The notes beneath the pieces are model-generated. The model saw only the letters and a program-made list of their open reading frames with translations, made no database searches and had not been told where the DNA came from. A stretch of 32,000 nt of DNA from an uncultured Actinomycetes bacterium. GTDB taxonomy: Bacteria > Actinomycetota > Actinomycetes > Streptosporangiales > Streptosporangiaceae. The stretch is from contig CAVWBH010000001.1 of assembly GCA_963753195.1 (NCBI GenBank), forward strand, positions 1,057,499 through 1,089,498, read 5' to 3'. Made by a program: the position numbers and the translations under genes. Position 1 is the first letter of the stretch; every line of letters starts with the position of its first letter. Positions 1-9,142 of this stretch are shown here, one piece after another.

Positions 1-32
1 AAGACACCGTGGTTGACCGCTCGTGCCCGCGG

Positions 33-557
33 CTAATGGCACGCCACGGGCCCGGTGATCTGGGCTGCCTGACCGGAGCCGCCCGGTGACCGGTCCCGCG
101 CGGACCGCCTGCTGGCACGCCTCTCAAGCACCACAGCGATCAGCCAGATCGAGAGAAGCGACACCGGCAGCAAGATAAGCACGATGGCCACGCCCGGCGA
201 CCGCTGAGCAGGCCCGTTGTCCGACGCCCAGAGCGACGCTGCGACTACGATGCTCCACCACGCCGCGACCGCGCTGATAACCGCCACTGCCGCCTTCTTC
301 TCATTCCATTCCCGGGCGGGCTGCGGCGCCTGGGCACCGGTCAGGCCGGCCGGGATGTCGGCGGTGAGGGCGGACAGCTCCGCGCGGGTCCGCGACGTGA
401 GCGCCTGGCCGACCCGCAGGTCGAACTCGTCCTTGGTGAGCCGTCCCTGTACGAACGCGGCTTGGAGCAGGCCGATCACCTGCTCGCGTTCTGCGTGCGA
501 GGCCCGCAGGTGACTACGGCCTGCTGCGCCTGCTATCTCGCCGTCCGGCTCTGGCAT
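33..557 (-). CDS. DUF1707 domain-containing membrane protein
   Basis: The N-terminus RASHAEREQVIGLLQAAFVQGRLTKDEFDLRVGQALTSRTRAELSALTADIP fits the DUF1707 pattern. Two hydrophobic helices follow. The ATG at 557 is preceded by GGGAGG. Confidence 0.7.
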   Translation of the reverse strand: MPEPDGEIAGAAGRSHLRASHAEREQVIGLLQAAFVQGRLTKDEFDLRVGQALTSRTRAELSALTADIPAGLTGAQAPQPAREWNEKKAAVAVISAVAAWWSIVVAASLWASDNGPAQRSPGVAIVLILLPVSLLSIWLIAVVLERRASRRSARDRSPGGSGQAAQITGPVACH

Positions 558-572
558 TCCCTGGCGCCTCCC

Positions 573-1031
573 CTACGAGCACGATCTACCGAAAGCGTAC
601 GCGACTGCCCTCCGTGAGAAAGCTCTGAGAGATTTGCCTCCGACGCGATGCTGGCCGGGCACCGTCCTGTATGCCAAGCTGGCGATGGCCTCGAAGGCGC
701 CGGCCAGGAAGACCGGGCTGTCCTCGTCGGCGACCACCATGGCGTGCTCGGCGGGCAGCTCGAAGGTGCCATCGACCGGGTCATAGACGACGTAGCCGCC
801 AGCCGCCTGATTGCCGAGCCACTCACGGACGTACCGCTCCGCGGTGCCGGTCCGCGCGGCCAGGGCCGGGGCCGTGATCGGCCCGGCGCCCGCCATCGCC
901 TGGTAGAGGCCGAGCCGGTCGCCGATGTGCAGCAGCAGCCCCGAGATGGCTGCGCCCATGTCGGTGACCGCCTGCCCGACGAAGGCCTCCAGCCTGGCCT
1001 CATCGATCCGGTTCGTTTCTGTCGTGGTCAC
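573..1031 (-). pseudogene. Truncated N-terminal remnant of an Rv2258c-like SAM-dependent methyltransferase (winged-helix part only)
   Basis: The first ~115 aa (LEAFVGQAVTDMGAAISGLLLHIGDRLGLYQAMAGAGPITAPALAARTGTAERYVREWLGNQAAGGYVVYD...DEDSPVFLAGAF) match the N-terminal domain of ~350-aa methyltransferases. The Rossmann/SAM-binding part is absent and the last ~30 codons look like junction sequence. Confidence 0.5.
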
Positions 1032-1450
1032 GTCCTGTCTCCTGTCTTAGCCTGCGGGTCCCGGGCGGACCCGTAAGCGAAGCGTGCGCGCGGAGCACCG
1101 TGGCGGGCATCCGTGCCCGGCACGGATCGCACCACCGAATCCCGGCCATCCGTGCTCACCGCCGATGCCTTCGCAGCCGTATATGCCGCAGGTTGGACCG
1201 GTAACCACGCCGGATACCGGCCAGCCTGAAGGAGCGATTGACGATGACCCATCCCTATATCTTGACCGCGCTGGCGCGTGAGCGGACCGCTAGCCTCCTG
1301 GCGGAGGCGGAAGCCGCCCGCCGGGCCAGGCAGGCGCGCCCGGGGCCGCCGGCGGTCACCCACGGTGCCCGCGGCTTCGTGCCGCGCTGGCTCGCGGGCC
1401 GACGGCGGCCCGGCACGAGTGCATGCGGCCGAGCCGCCGCTGGCGAGTTG

Positions 1451-2275
1451 TCAGCGGAGGGTCAGGACGGTCTCGAGGTAGCTGGCCGGGATGGCGATGC
1501 TCCCGCCGTCGCCGTTGCGGTCCCGGCGGCGGGCCAGGTCGGCCAGGTCGGCCGCCAGCGCATCGCGGCCGCCGTCGCCGGCTGCCTCGAAGGCCTTGAG
1601 GGTCGGCCCGTACCAGCGGCGGAAGAAGGCGACGAACTCCTCGGCGGAGGTGAACCGCCAGGTGCAGGTGCGCTCCACCGACCGGGCGTCGGCGATGGCC
1701 GGCCCGAACAGGTCCGAGAGGTGCTCTTCGGTCCCCCACAGCATCGGCGATGCGACGCCGGGCGGCCCGGGCACATGCCGGGTGATGACGCCGAACATCT
1801 CGCCGATGAACCCGCCGGGAGTCCACGAGGCGAGGCCGACGGTACCGCCCGGGCGGGTGACCCGGATGATCTCGGCGGCGGCCCGCTGATGATCCGGCGC
1901 GAACATGGCACCGAAGACGCTCAGCACCGCGTCGAACGCCGCGTCCGGCACAGGCAGGTCTTCGGCGTCACCGAGCCGGAACTCGACGTCGAGGCCTTCG
2001 GACATCGCCCGCCCGCGCCCGCCTTCGAGCAGCTCGGAAACATAGTCGATGCCCAGCGCGCGGGTGCCGGAACGGGCCGCCGCCAACGTGGCGTTGCCGT
2101 TGCCGCACGCCACGTCGAGCACCTTCCAGCCGGCCCTCAGGTCGGCCGCGTCGGCCAGCAGCTCGCTGGCCAGCACGATCCGCGAGGCGACGACGGCGAA
2201 GTCGCCGCTGGCCCAGGTCTTTTGCTGGCGCGCCTTGATGACCGAGAGGTCCGCACGCGCCGTGGTCACAGTCAT
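1451..2275 (-). CDS. Class I SAM-dependent methyltransferase
   Basis: Contains the SAM motif I VLDVACGNGN plus AFDAVLSVFGAMF and RPGGTVGLASW. I chose the internal ATG at 2275 (MTVTTARADL...), which is preceded by GGAG. The upstream part of the 335-aa ORF is Arg/Pro-rich junk. Confidence 0.85.
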   Translation of the reverse strand: MTVTTARADLSVIKARQQKTWASGDFAVVASRIVLASELLADAADLRAGWKVLDVACGNGNATLAAARSGTRALGIDYVSELLEGGRGRAMSEGLDVEFRLGDAEDLPVPDAAFDAVLSVFGAMFAPDHQRAAAEIIRVTRPGGTVGLASWTPGGFIGEMFGVITRHVPGPPGVASPMLWGTEEHLSDLFGPAIADARSVERTCTWRFTSAEEFVAFFRRWYGPTLKAFEAAGDGGRDALAADLADLARRRDRNGDGGSIAIPASYLETVLTLR

Positions 2276-2496
2276 GATGTCTCCTGTCCCTCGCGCCCCG
2301 GTGTAGGGCGCCTCGGTTAACAGGCTGCGGCGGCGGCGCCACGGCGGACTAGTGACGTTCCCGTACCACCGCCGGCGGCTCCGCGGCCCGGCGAACCGGG
2401 CCGAGCGGCGGCCCGGACCCGCGCAGCCTGCCGCGACGGTGCCAGGGCCGGTCCACAATCTGTACTACCCCCAGGCCGGCCGGTCATCATGGGAAC

Positions 2497-3128
2497 ATGA
2501 CAGGCTACGCGGACTACTGCCCGATCTCGGACGGGGTCGAGGTGCTGGGTGACCGGTGGACGCCACTGGTCATCCGCGAGCTCATGGTGGGCGCCAGCGG
2601 CTTCAACGAGATCCACCGGGGCATTCCCCGGATCAGCCGGACCCTGCTCGCGCAGCGGCTCCGGCTGCTCGAGCGCCGCGGCCTCGTCCGCCGCTCGGGC
2701 ACTGGGCCGCCGAGTGGACCTTCGGTGACCCCGAGGACGAGGACTGCGACGGCCTGTCGCTCATGTGGCGGCTGCACCAGCACGCCATCACCGCCAAGCT
2801 GCCGCAGCAGCGCACCGTCCTGCATATGACGCTGACCGGCGCGGGCGCCGCCGCAGGCTGGCTCAACATCGACCGCGGCACGATCACCGTATGCAAGGAC
2901 GACCCCGGCTACGACGTCGACCTGGCCATCGAGGCCAGCACCGGCCAGATGCAGCGGTGGCTGATCGGCCTGGTCCCATTCCGGGACCTGGTGGCCAACG
3001 GCCACGCCCGCCTGCTCGGGCCCAGCCGGCTGGCCCGGGCCTTCCCGACCTGGTTCGACACGTCCTCTTTCGCCGAAGGCCTACGCCGGGCCCAGCAACG
3101 CCGCCGGCGGGCCGCCGTGCCCGCCTGA
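2497..3128 (+). pseudogene. HxlR-family transcriptional regulator (with C-terminal SCP2-like extension), disrupted by an internal out-of-frame deletion
   Basis: The N-terminus YCPISDGVEVLGDRWTPLVIRELMVGASGFNEIHRGIPRISRTLLAQRLRLLERRGLVRR is in frame 1. The continuation LGHWAAEWTFGDPEDE...ARLLGPSRLARAFPTWF is in another frame from about 2694. The wing and recognition segment normally between them is missing. Confidence 0.6.
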
Positions 3129-4100
3129 CGCGGACCCGCGGCGCCCGCGGGCCCCCGGAGACGAGTGGTGCCTGACGTTGCCGGCGATCAGCTCGGCCGC
3201 GCGGCGGGCGTCGACGAGCCAGGGGGCGTGTCCGCCGGGCATCTCGAAGAGCCTGGCGCCTTGGATCTGGTCGATCGTCGGCCGGGCGCGTTCGATGGAC
3301 AGGTACGGGTCCTGGGATCCGAGGATGAAGACCGCGGGCGTCGTGATCGCGGAAAGCTCTGCGCTGGTCAGGACACTCTCCGGGCGCGGGCGGCGGAACC
3401 GGTCGATCGCGTGCATCAGCGACGCCACGGTTCTCGCGTTCTCCGGCCGGCGTACGGACAGGCGCAGCGCCTCGATCAGAGAGTCCGGCGCGGCCGCTAC
3501 TTCGGCGGGGCCAAGCCCCTGGGTGAGCAGGCGGCGATAGACCCGCGGTGAGCTGGGTGAGCGCAGGACAGCGACGCCTAGTCCACGGACGGTCAGCAGC
3601 GAGAGCGGCATGCGTACGCGTACGCCCGGGAGCGCGACCGCAGGCTCCCCGATCGCGACCACCTCGCAGATCCACTCGGAACCGGCGGCTACGTGCCACA
3701 GCGCGAACATGCCGCCCAGGGAGTGACCGATCACGGGCACATCGTCGAGTCCGAGTGCGTCGAGGATGTCGTCGACCAACCGGCGGGCGTGCTCTCGTAC
3801 CTGCCCGCGCCGGAAGGCCATCGGGTCAGACAAGCCGTGGCCGGGAAGGTCCACGGCGAGCAGCCGGAAATGACGGAGCTCGGGAAACAACGGCGCCCAG
3901 ATGGCGGCGCTCTCCGACACGCCGTGGAGCAGGACAACCGCCGGGCCGTGCCCATGCGAGAGCACTCGTACTCGCAGGCCTGTCTGCGCGAGTTCGAGGA
4001 AGAACTCGTCGACGTCCGCGCCGACGGCGGCAAACAGATCACTCTCCGCGTCGTGGATGCGCCGCTCGAGATTCCCGGTCGCCCGGGCCTGGTGTTTCAT
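3081..4100 (-). CDS. Alpha/beta hydrolase
   Basis: Has the oxyanion region VVLLHGVSES and the nucleophile elbow GHSLGG. The ATG at 4100 is preceded by GGAGGAGAAG and overlaps the marR stop as ATGA. Confidence 0.85.
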   Translation of the reverse strand: MKHQARATGNLERRIHDAESDLFAAVGADVDEFFLELAQTGLRVRVLSHGHGPAVVLLHGVSESAAIWAPLFPELRHFRLLAVDLPGHGLSDPMAFRRGQVREHARRLVDDILDALGLDDVPVIGHSLGGMFALWHVAAGSEWICEVVAIGEPAVALPGVRVRMPLSLLTVRGLGVAVLRSPSSPRVYRRLLTQGLGPAEVAAAPDSLIEALRLSVRRPENARTVASLMHAIDRFRRPRPESVLTSAELSAITTPAVFILGSQDPYLSIERARPTIDQIQGARLFEMPGGHAPWLVDARRAAELIAGNVRHHSSPGARGRRGSASGGHGGPPAALLGPA

Positions 4101-4585
4101 GACTTCTCCTCCCGCTTGACCGCTGCCTTCTTGAGGCTTGTCGGCATGGCCGCCACGTCGGCGAGCCACGCTCGTACGGTTCGCTCGTCCTCAGGGCTGA
4201 GATCTGCGAGCGCAGCATGCTCTGCCGCCCGTACTCGGCGCGTTGCTGTCTCCAGGCACGTACGGCCTGTCTTCGTCGGCCGCACGAGCACGACCCTCTG
4301 ATTCCTCGCTCGGCGCTCAATCAGCCCCGCCGCCTCGAGGCTGAGGACGGACGTGTGCATCGTCTGCCTCGTGACCTGCGAGATGCGAGCAAGCTCGGAG
4401 GTGGATAGCTCGGGCCTGGTCTCGAACACGCTCAGGATCCCGTACTCCTGCGCGGTCAGCCCGAGGTCCTCCAGTTCGCTGTCCAGTAGCGCCCGGAAGC
4501 GCTGGTGCGCGAGCCGGAACAGATAGCCGAGATTCGCGTCCAGCCGAGGAAGCGGCCGTGTCGTAGTTGTCAGTTCTTCTGACAT
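4097..4585 (-). CDS. MarR family transcriptional regulator
   Basis: Shows the MarR wHTH pattern LGLTAQEYGILSVFETRPELSTSELARISQVTRQTMHTSVLSLEAAGLIERR. I chose the internal ATG at 4585 (MSEELTTT). Confidence 0.85.
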   Translation of the reverse strand: MSEELTTTTRPLPRLDANLGYLFRLAHQRFRALLDSELEDLGLTAQEYGILSVFETRPELSTSELARISQVTRQTMHTSVLSLEAAGLIERRARNQRVVLVRPTKTGRTCLETATRRVRAAEHAALADLSPEDERTVRAWLADVAAMPTSLKKAAVKREEKS

Positions 4586-4592
4586 AACGGTC

Positions 4593-4622
4593 ACCGTATA
4601 AGTTGTCAGTACACCTGTCAAC
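4593..4622 (-). promoter_or_regulatory. Candidate marR promoter (TTGACA-17 nt-TACGGT) with an overlapping imperfect inverted repeat
   Basis: Read on the minus strand: GTTGACAG-GTGTA-CTGACAAC (8-5-8 with one mismatch). TTGACA lies at 4621-4616 and TACGGT at 4598-4593. Only 7 nt separate the -10 from the ATG at 4585, which suggests a leaderless transcript. Confidence 0.45.
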
Positions 4623-4681
4623 CTAGGTGGCGCAACGGGCACATCAAGCGGGGCAACCGCAGAGGGTGACGCTGCGCAGGA

Positions 4682-5335
4682 TCACCCCGTGGCCGCCGAT
4701 GGGGCCAGGGACTGGCGCAGGCTTGCGGTCCCGGGGCCGGACAGCTGCGGCAGCGCGGCCGGACGACCGGTGAGCAGCAGGAGCAGCGCGCCGATCGGCC
4801 CGCAGACCTCCTGGCCCTGCCCAGCTGACCATGAGGCGTCGTCGGCGACGAGCCGGTAGCCGCCGAGCTTCTTGCGGGCGTGGAACATCCGGGGGGTTGA
4901 CCAGACACGGTCCGCTGCGAGCAGGGCGAGCTCTCGTGACATCGTCATGTCTCGCCCGAGCGGCAGGGCGATGTCCTGGCCGTGCACCAGGTAGTCGATT
5001 GCGCTCTCGCGGAAGGTGACGGTCGGCAGCGGCCGGTGCACTCCGATGCGGTCGCCTATCTCGGCGATGATGACCTCGACGGCAAGCCGGGCGTGGCGGC
5101 ATGCCATCGCGTGGATCGCGCCGTTCATGCCCCCGTAACGCACGGCGTCGACCATGGCCCGGGGCATCGCCGACCATGGGGCGTTCTGCAAGGCCAGGTG
5201 CGCCGCCACCTGGCGCACCGTCCAGCCGTCGCACAGCGATGGCTGGTCCCATTCTTCCGCTGACAAGCTTTCCAGCAGCCGCACCAGCGCCCGCCGCTGC
5301 TCATCAATCGCGGCCCACGCCTCGCCCTGGTCCAT
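4682..5335 (-). CDS. Maleylpyruvate isomerase family mycothiol-dependent (DinB-like) protein
   Basis: The N-terminal pattern W..IDEQRRALVRLLESLSAEEWDQPSLCDGWTVRQVAAHL is typical of the TIGR03083/DinB_2 family. Confidence 0.7.
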   Translation of the reverse strand: MDQGEAWAAIDEQRRALVRLLESLSAEEWDQPSLCDGWTVRQVAAHLALQNAPWSAMPRAMVDAVRYGGMNGAIHAMACRHARLAVEVIIAEIGDRIGVHRPLPTVTFRESAIDYLVHGQDIALPLGRDMTMSRELALLAADRVWSTPRMFHARKKLGGYRLVADDASWSAGQGQEVCGPIGALLLLLTGRPAALPQLSGPGTASLRQSLAPSAATG

Positions 5336-5370
5336 CGCGGCCTCCGTTCCCCGGCGTGTGATGCCCCTTA

Positions 5371-5958
5371 TTACGTGCGTGCCTGGCGGCCCGCCGCGGA
5401 CTCAAGCAAGGCCACAATCTCCTCTGCGGGGTCGAACCGGGGATCGGGCATGGCGAGCTGATGCAGCATCAGCCCGGTGATGTAGTTGCCGAGCACGTGC
5501 ACGTCACGGTCGGTGTCGGCGGACCCGATCTGGCGCAGCCAGTTCGCGAACCAGGCGTTGACCCTGTCACCTGTCTCGGCGAGCCGACGCCGGATCCTGG
5601 GGTTGGTCCCGGCCTCCAGCAGGACGGCATACCGAACCAGGGTCAGGGCCCGGAAGTCGCCGGTAGCCTCCTGGACCCAGCCGGCCATCGCGCGGCCGAG
5701 ATCCACCGGGGTCACCGGGACGACCTCGACCGCTAGCTCATCGAAACGCTGCCGCTCCAGCTCAGAGACCCGGTCCACGATCGCCTCGAGCAGCGCCTCC
5801 CGAGCCGGGAAATAGTTCGCCGTCGAGCCCGTGGCCAGACCCGCCTCGCTGTCCACCGCCCGGTGCGTCAGAGCCCGTACCCCGCGCTCGCCGAGCACCC
5901 GGATCGCGGCGTCCAGCAGGACCTGTCTCCGATTCGACACGATCGCCATACTACACAT
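5371..5958 (-). CDS. TetR/AcrR family transcriptional regulator
   Basis: HTH region RRQVLLDAAIRVLGERGVRALTHRAVDSEAGLATGSTANYF. The start is uncertain: ATG 5958, ATG 5949, or the in-frame GTG at 5940. An AT-rich ~40-bp stretch lies just upstream. Confidence 0.8.
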   Translation of the reverse strand: MCSMAIVSNRRQVLLDAAIRVLGERGVRALTHRAVDSEAGLATGSTANYFPAREALLEAIVDRVSELERQRFDELAVEVVPVTPVDLGRAMAGWVQEATGDFRALTLVRYAVLLEAGTNPRIRRRLAETGDRVNAWFANWLRQIGSADTDRDVHVLGNYITGLMLHQLAMPDPRFDPAEEIVALLESAAGRQART

Positions 5959-6176
5959 GTTGTCTTATAAACAGCAAGTGTTGTAACCGAATCTGAGCAG
6001 GGCCGACGATCCCGTTTGCGGCCGTTCGCTGCTGCCGTTTGATCATCGGGTGGCCTCTGCGAGCGACCAGCGCTTGCCCACGCCCATGGCCCGCAGAGGC
6101 CATCCCCCGTATCGAGGTCGTCATCGACCTGCTAGCCCGCCCTCCACGGGCGTCACGTGACCGGCCGATAGGCCCC

Positions 6177-6527
6177 TCAGCCCTGCTGGGTCAGTCCCAC
6201 GACGTGGCCTTGCGGGTCGGCGACCAGCGCAAAGGCGACGCCCGGCACGTGCTGCGGCTCCTGGATCACCTGGCCGCCGAGGTCGCTGGCCCGTTTCACG
6301 GCGTCGTCGATATCGTCCACGGCGACGAAGAAAGTGACGAGATCCGAACCGCCCTGCAGCGGGCTGATCGCCGTGTACAGCGCACCGGGAACACCGGTGT
6401 CGACGAAGGTGTAGCCGGGGATCGCGCCTGGGTCCGGGTAGGTCCAGCCGAGCAAGTCCGCGAAGAACTTGCGAGTCGCGTCGGGGTCCTTCGACCGGAT
6501 CTCGGCGTGCACGATCGGATGCGGCAT
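6177..6527 (-). CDS. VOC (glyoxalase/bleomycin-resistance/dioxygenase) family protein
   Basis: 116 aa. Pattern HAEIRSKDPDATRKFFADLLGW...GGQVIQEP...VAFALVADPQGHVVGL. The RBS AAGGGAG precedes the ATG. Confidence 0.8.
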   Translation of the reverse strand: MPHPIVHAEIRSKDPDATRKFFADLLGWTYPDPGAIPGYTFVDTGVPGALYTAISPLQGGSDLVTFFVAVDDIDDAVKRASDLGGQVIQEPQHVPGVAFALVADPQGHVVGLTQQG

Positions 6528-6636
6528 CTTTAACTCCCTTGCCTTAGCCCGGGGCGCCCCGCGGGCGCCCTCCTGCCCCTACTACGAACGGGAGTGCACC
6601 CGATCCGACATCTGCTGCCGGGAAGGTCAATAAGGG

Positions 6637-8367
6637 TCACTGACTGTCATCGACCGATTCCGCGTGCCGGCCAGACAGGGACGACGCCACGTCCAGGAAT
6701 GAATCCTCCAGTGAGGTACGGGCCACGATAACTGACGTCCCCGGGTTATCTATAGACTCTTTGAGAGCGTTCCGCAGGTCATTCTCGTTTGTCACGGTGC
6801 TGGCTGCGCAGCCGATGGCGGCCGCGATTCCCGCGAGATCGAAGTCGGCGAAAGTAGACGCGAACGGCTTGTTTCCCTGGCCGTGAAGTACCCACCCAAG
6901 TGCCCGGTTGTTGAATACGACAACCGTGATCCGCAACTGGTTCTCGACCGCGCTCATCAGGCCGTGCAGTGTCATGGCGAATCCGCCATCCCCGCACACC
7001 GCATACGCCGGGCGGTTCCCTATCAGGGCCGCGGCCATGGCCGCCGGTATCGCGTATCCCATGCCACCGCCAGCGTTCGGCTGAAGGAGAGTCCCGCCCT
7101 CACCCACGACGAAGTCGTGCAGCATGAACAGCCGGTTTTCCCCGGCATCACAGGCCATGACGCTGTCCGGCGGAACTTCCTCGGCCAGGATCTGGGCCAC
7201 CCGCCGCGGCCGGAGCTGACCCTCGCCGCTCACCGGCAAGCCTGGGTGCCAGCCGAGCTGGCCGCGCAGGCGGGCGACCCGGGCTTGGCCGTCAGCGTCC
7301 AGACTGCCGACCTCCGCGGCCAGGGCGTCCAGCCCGGCCGCGGCATCGCTGATGACCTGGATGTCGACGGGGTAGGTCCACCCCGCGTTCAGCGGCTCCG
7401 CGTCGATCTGGATGATCTTCTGCCGGTGCGCGTCGATGAGCGCCGGGTTCTCGTTGGCCGTATCGGTGGCGCCGAGCTTGGTGGCCACCGCCACGATCAG
7501 GTCAGCGTCGCCCACCGCGGCGTTCGCCGTCGGGTGGCCGAAGGTGCCGATCACCCCCAGGGCCAGCGGGTGGGTCTCGGCGAATACGCCCTTTCCTGCC
7601 GCGGTCGTGGCCACTGGAATCCCGTGCCGCTCGGCGAAGGTCCGCAGCGCCGCGTCCGCGCGGGCCAGGCGGATGCCGTTGCCTGCTATCAGCACCGGCC
7701 GTTTCGAGGCGCGCAGCGCGGCCGCGGCCTTGCGCACCTCGCTGGGCAGCGGTGACAGTGCTGAACGGCTATGGTAGGGGCGGTCGAGGTAGAGCCGCAG
7801 CCCGTCGGCGCTGCTGATCGAGCCCGACAGCGCACGACTGTGGAAGACGACAGCCACGGGCCCAGGCTGCCCGGCGACGGCATGCTTCACGGCGAGCTGG
7901 GTCATCTGTACGGCCTGCACGGGATCGAGCGCCACGAACACCCGCTTGGTAATGGCCCGCAGCCCGTTGACGATGTCGTACGCGCCGTAATCACCGTATC
8001 CGGACTGGTACGGGCCATGGTGGGAGAATGAGCCGCCCTCGGTAGCGTCGACGAGGATGAGCATAGGGGAGCTTCCCAGGTGAGCTTCCATGATCCCGAT
8101 CCCGGCGTTGCCCAGGACCCAGGCGCCCTGGCCCATCACGACCGCGGGCTGCGAGGTCAGGCGTCCGAGAGCCTCCGCCATGACAGTGGCCAGGGATTCC
8201 TCGCGCAGCAGCAGCGTCCGCACCTTGTCCTGATACGACGAGAGCGCATCGAACACGCTCATCATGTGGCCGCCCGGGATCCCCAGCACAACCGGCTCCT
8301 CCAGGCTGGCGATGATCCTGGCGACTCCGGCGGCTCCGGTGATCTCTTCCTCGTGATACTCAGTCAA
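6637..8367 (-). CDS. Thiamine-diphosphate-binding enzyme (acetolactate-synthase-like superfamily)
   Basis: 576 aa. Has the ThDP motif GDGGF...(about 25 aa)...NN and N-terminal PYR domain signatures. The TTG start at 8367 is preceded by GAGGAA. Confidence 0.85.
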   Translation of the reverse strand: MTEYHEEEITGAAGVARIIASLEEPVVLGIPGGHMMSVFDALSSYQDKVRTLLLREESLATVMAEALGRLTSQPAVVMGQGAWVLGNAGIGIMEAHLGSSPMLILVDATEGGSFSHHGPYQSGYGDYGAYDIVNGLRAITKRVFVALDPVQAVQMTQLAVKHAVAGQPGPVAVVFHSRALSGSISSADGLRLYLDRPYHSRSALSPLPSEVRKAAAALRASKRPVLIAGNGIRLARADAALRTFAERHGIPVATTAAGKGVFAETHPLALGVIGTFGHPTANAAVGDADLIVAVATKLGATDTANENPALIDAHRQKIIQIDAEPLNAGWTYPVDIQVISDAAAGLDALAAEVGSLDADGQARVARLRGQLGWHPGLPVSGEGQLRPRRVAQILAEEVPPDSVMACDAGENRLFMLHDFVVGEGGTLLQPNAGGGMGYAIPAAMAAALIGNRPAYAVCGDGGFAMTLHGLMSAVENQLRITVVVFNNRALGWVLHGQGNKPFASTFADFDLAGIAAAIGCAASTVTNENDLRNALKESIDNPGTSVIVARTSLEDSFLDVASSLSGRHAESVDDSQ

Positions 8368-8516
8368 GATTCATTCCTCGCTTGCTCGGGAGCGATTCCA
8401 TCATGACGCCGCTCAATACCCCCGCGCCAGCATCCCAGGGCAACTACCACCGCCGGCCGGCCACCTCCGGGTGAACTAGTTGCACGGAGATCGCTGAGTG
8501 GCGGAAGGGGCTCAGG

Positions 8517-8945
8517 TCAGGCTGCCTGCCAGCCGCCTTCTGCGCGGAACTCGACATTCAGCGCGCCAAGGTCTGGCCGCCCGAAATCGTCCAGCGGGGA
8601 GAGCTGGTTCTCGCCGCTCGGGTCGTACAGCCGGCCGATGACGAGTTCCCGGCCCCTCCCGTCGACCAGCCGGAAGAACCGGCCAGCGGTCAAGGCCTCG
8701 GCGACGTCCTCGGCGATCGCCTCGCCGGGCCCGGACTTACCTACCGCTGACGGCTCGGCCCCGTCGTAGCCGGCGACCGTGTCCTCGGTGATGACCCAGC
8801 AGTAGGGCGTGGTCAGCGAGGAAAATTCGGAGACCAGCGAATCGGGAACCACATCGGTCTCCAGCTCGCTGCCCGGCGGCGGGGCGAGTTCCGTGCCGAC
8901 GGGTTGCAGCCGGGCGTCTTCCTGGTCCTCGCTCTGGGCATCCAT
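8517..8945 (-). CDS. Hypothetical acidic protein
   Basis: 142-aa ORF with realistic, non-Arg/Pro-biased composition and GC-rich third positions. I recognised no family. Confidence 0.45.
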   Translation of the reverse strand: MDAQSEDQEDARLQPVGTELAPPPGSELETDVVPDSLVSEFSSLTTPYCWVITEDTVAGYDGAEPSAVGKSGPGEAIAEDVAEALTAGRFFRLVDGRGRELVIGRLYDPSGENQLSPLDDFGRPDLGALNVEFRAEGGWQAA

Positions 8946-9142
8946 ACCGGCTCTACCTGTCCAGATCCGCCCAGGTTATGTCTCGGGCGACCGCGTCGGC
9001 GCTCACCGGCGTGCCTGCCGCGGGCCAGCCTCGCGCTTGCCTGCAGCCGGGCCCGTTGAAAAGATCGCAATACTGCGCAAAGTACACAACAGTTATCGCG
9101 AGAGGCTGCGGCCCTCGGAGGTAACCGGACGAGGAAGCCTGG

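Noticed and set aside
1238-2320. 360-aa ORF on the + strand (and similar ones at 1356-1826 and 1462-1911)
   Set aside because: Beyond its first ~40 codons it is antisense to the well-supported methyltransferase gene. It is Arg/Gly/Pro/Ala-rich low-complexity sequence, the typical stop-free shadow frame of high-GC DNA. Only the 5' end is discussed as a possible small gene.
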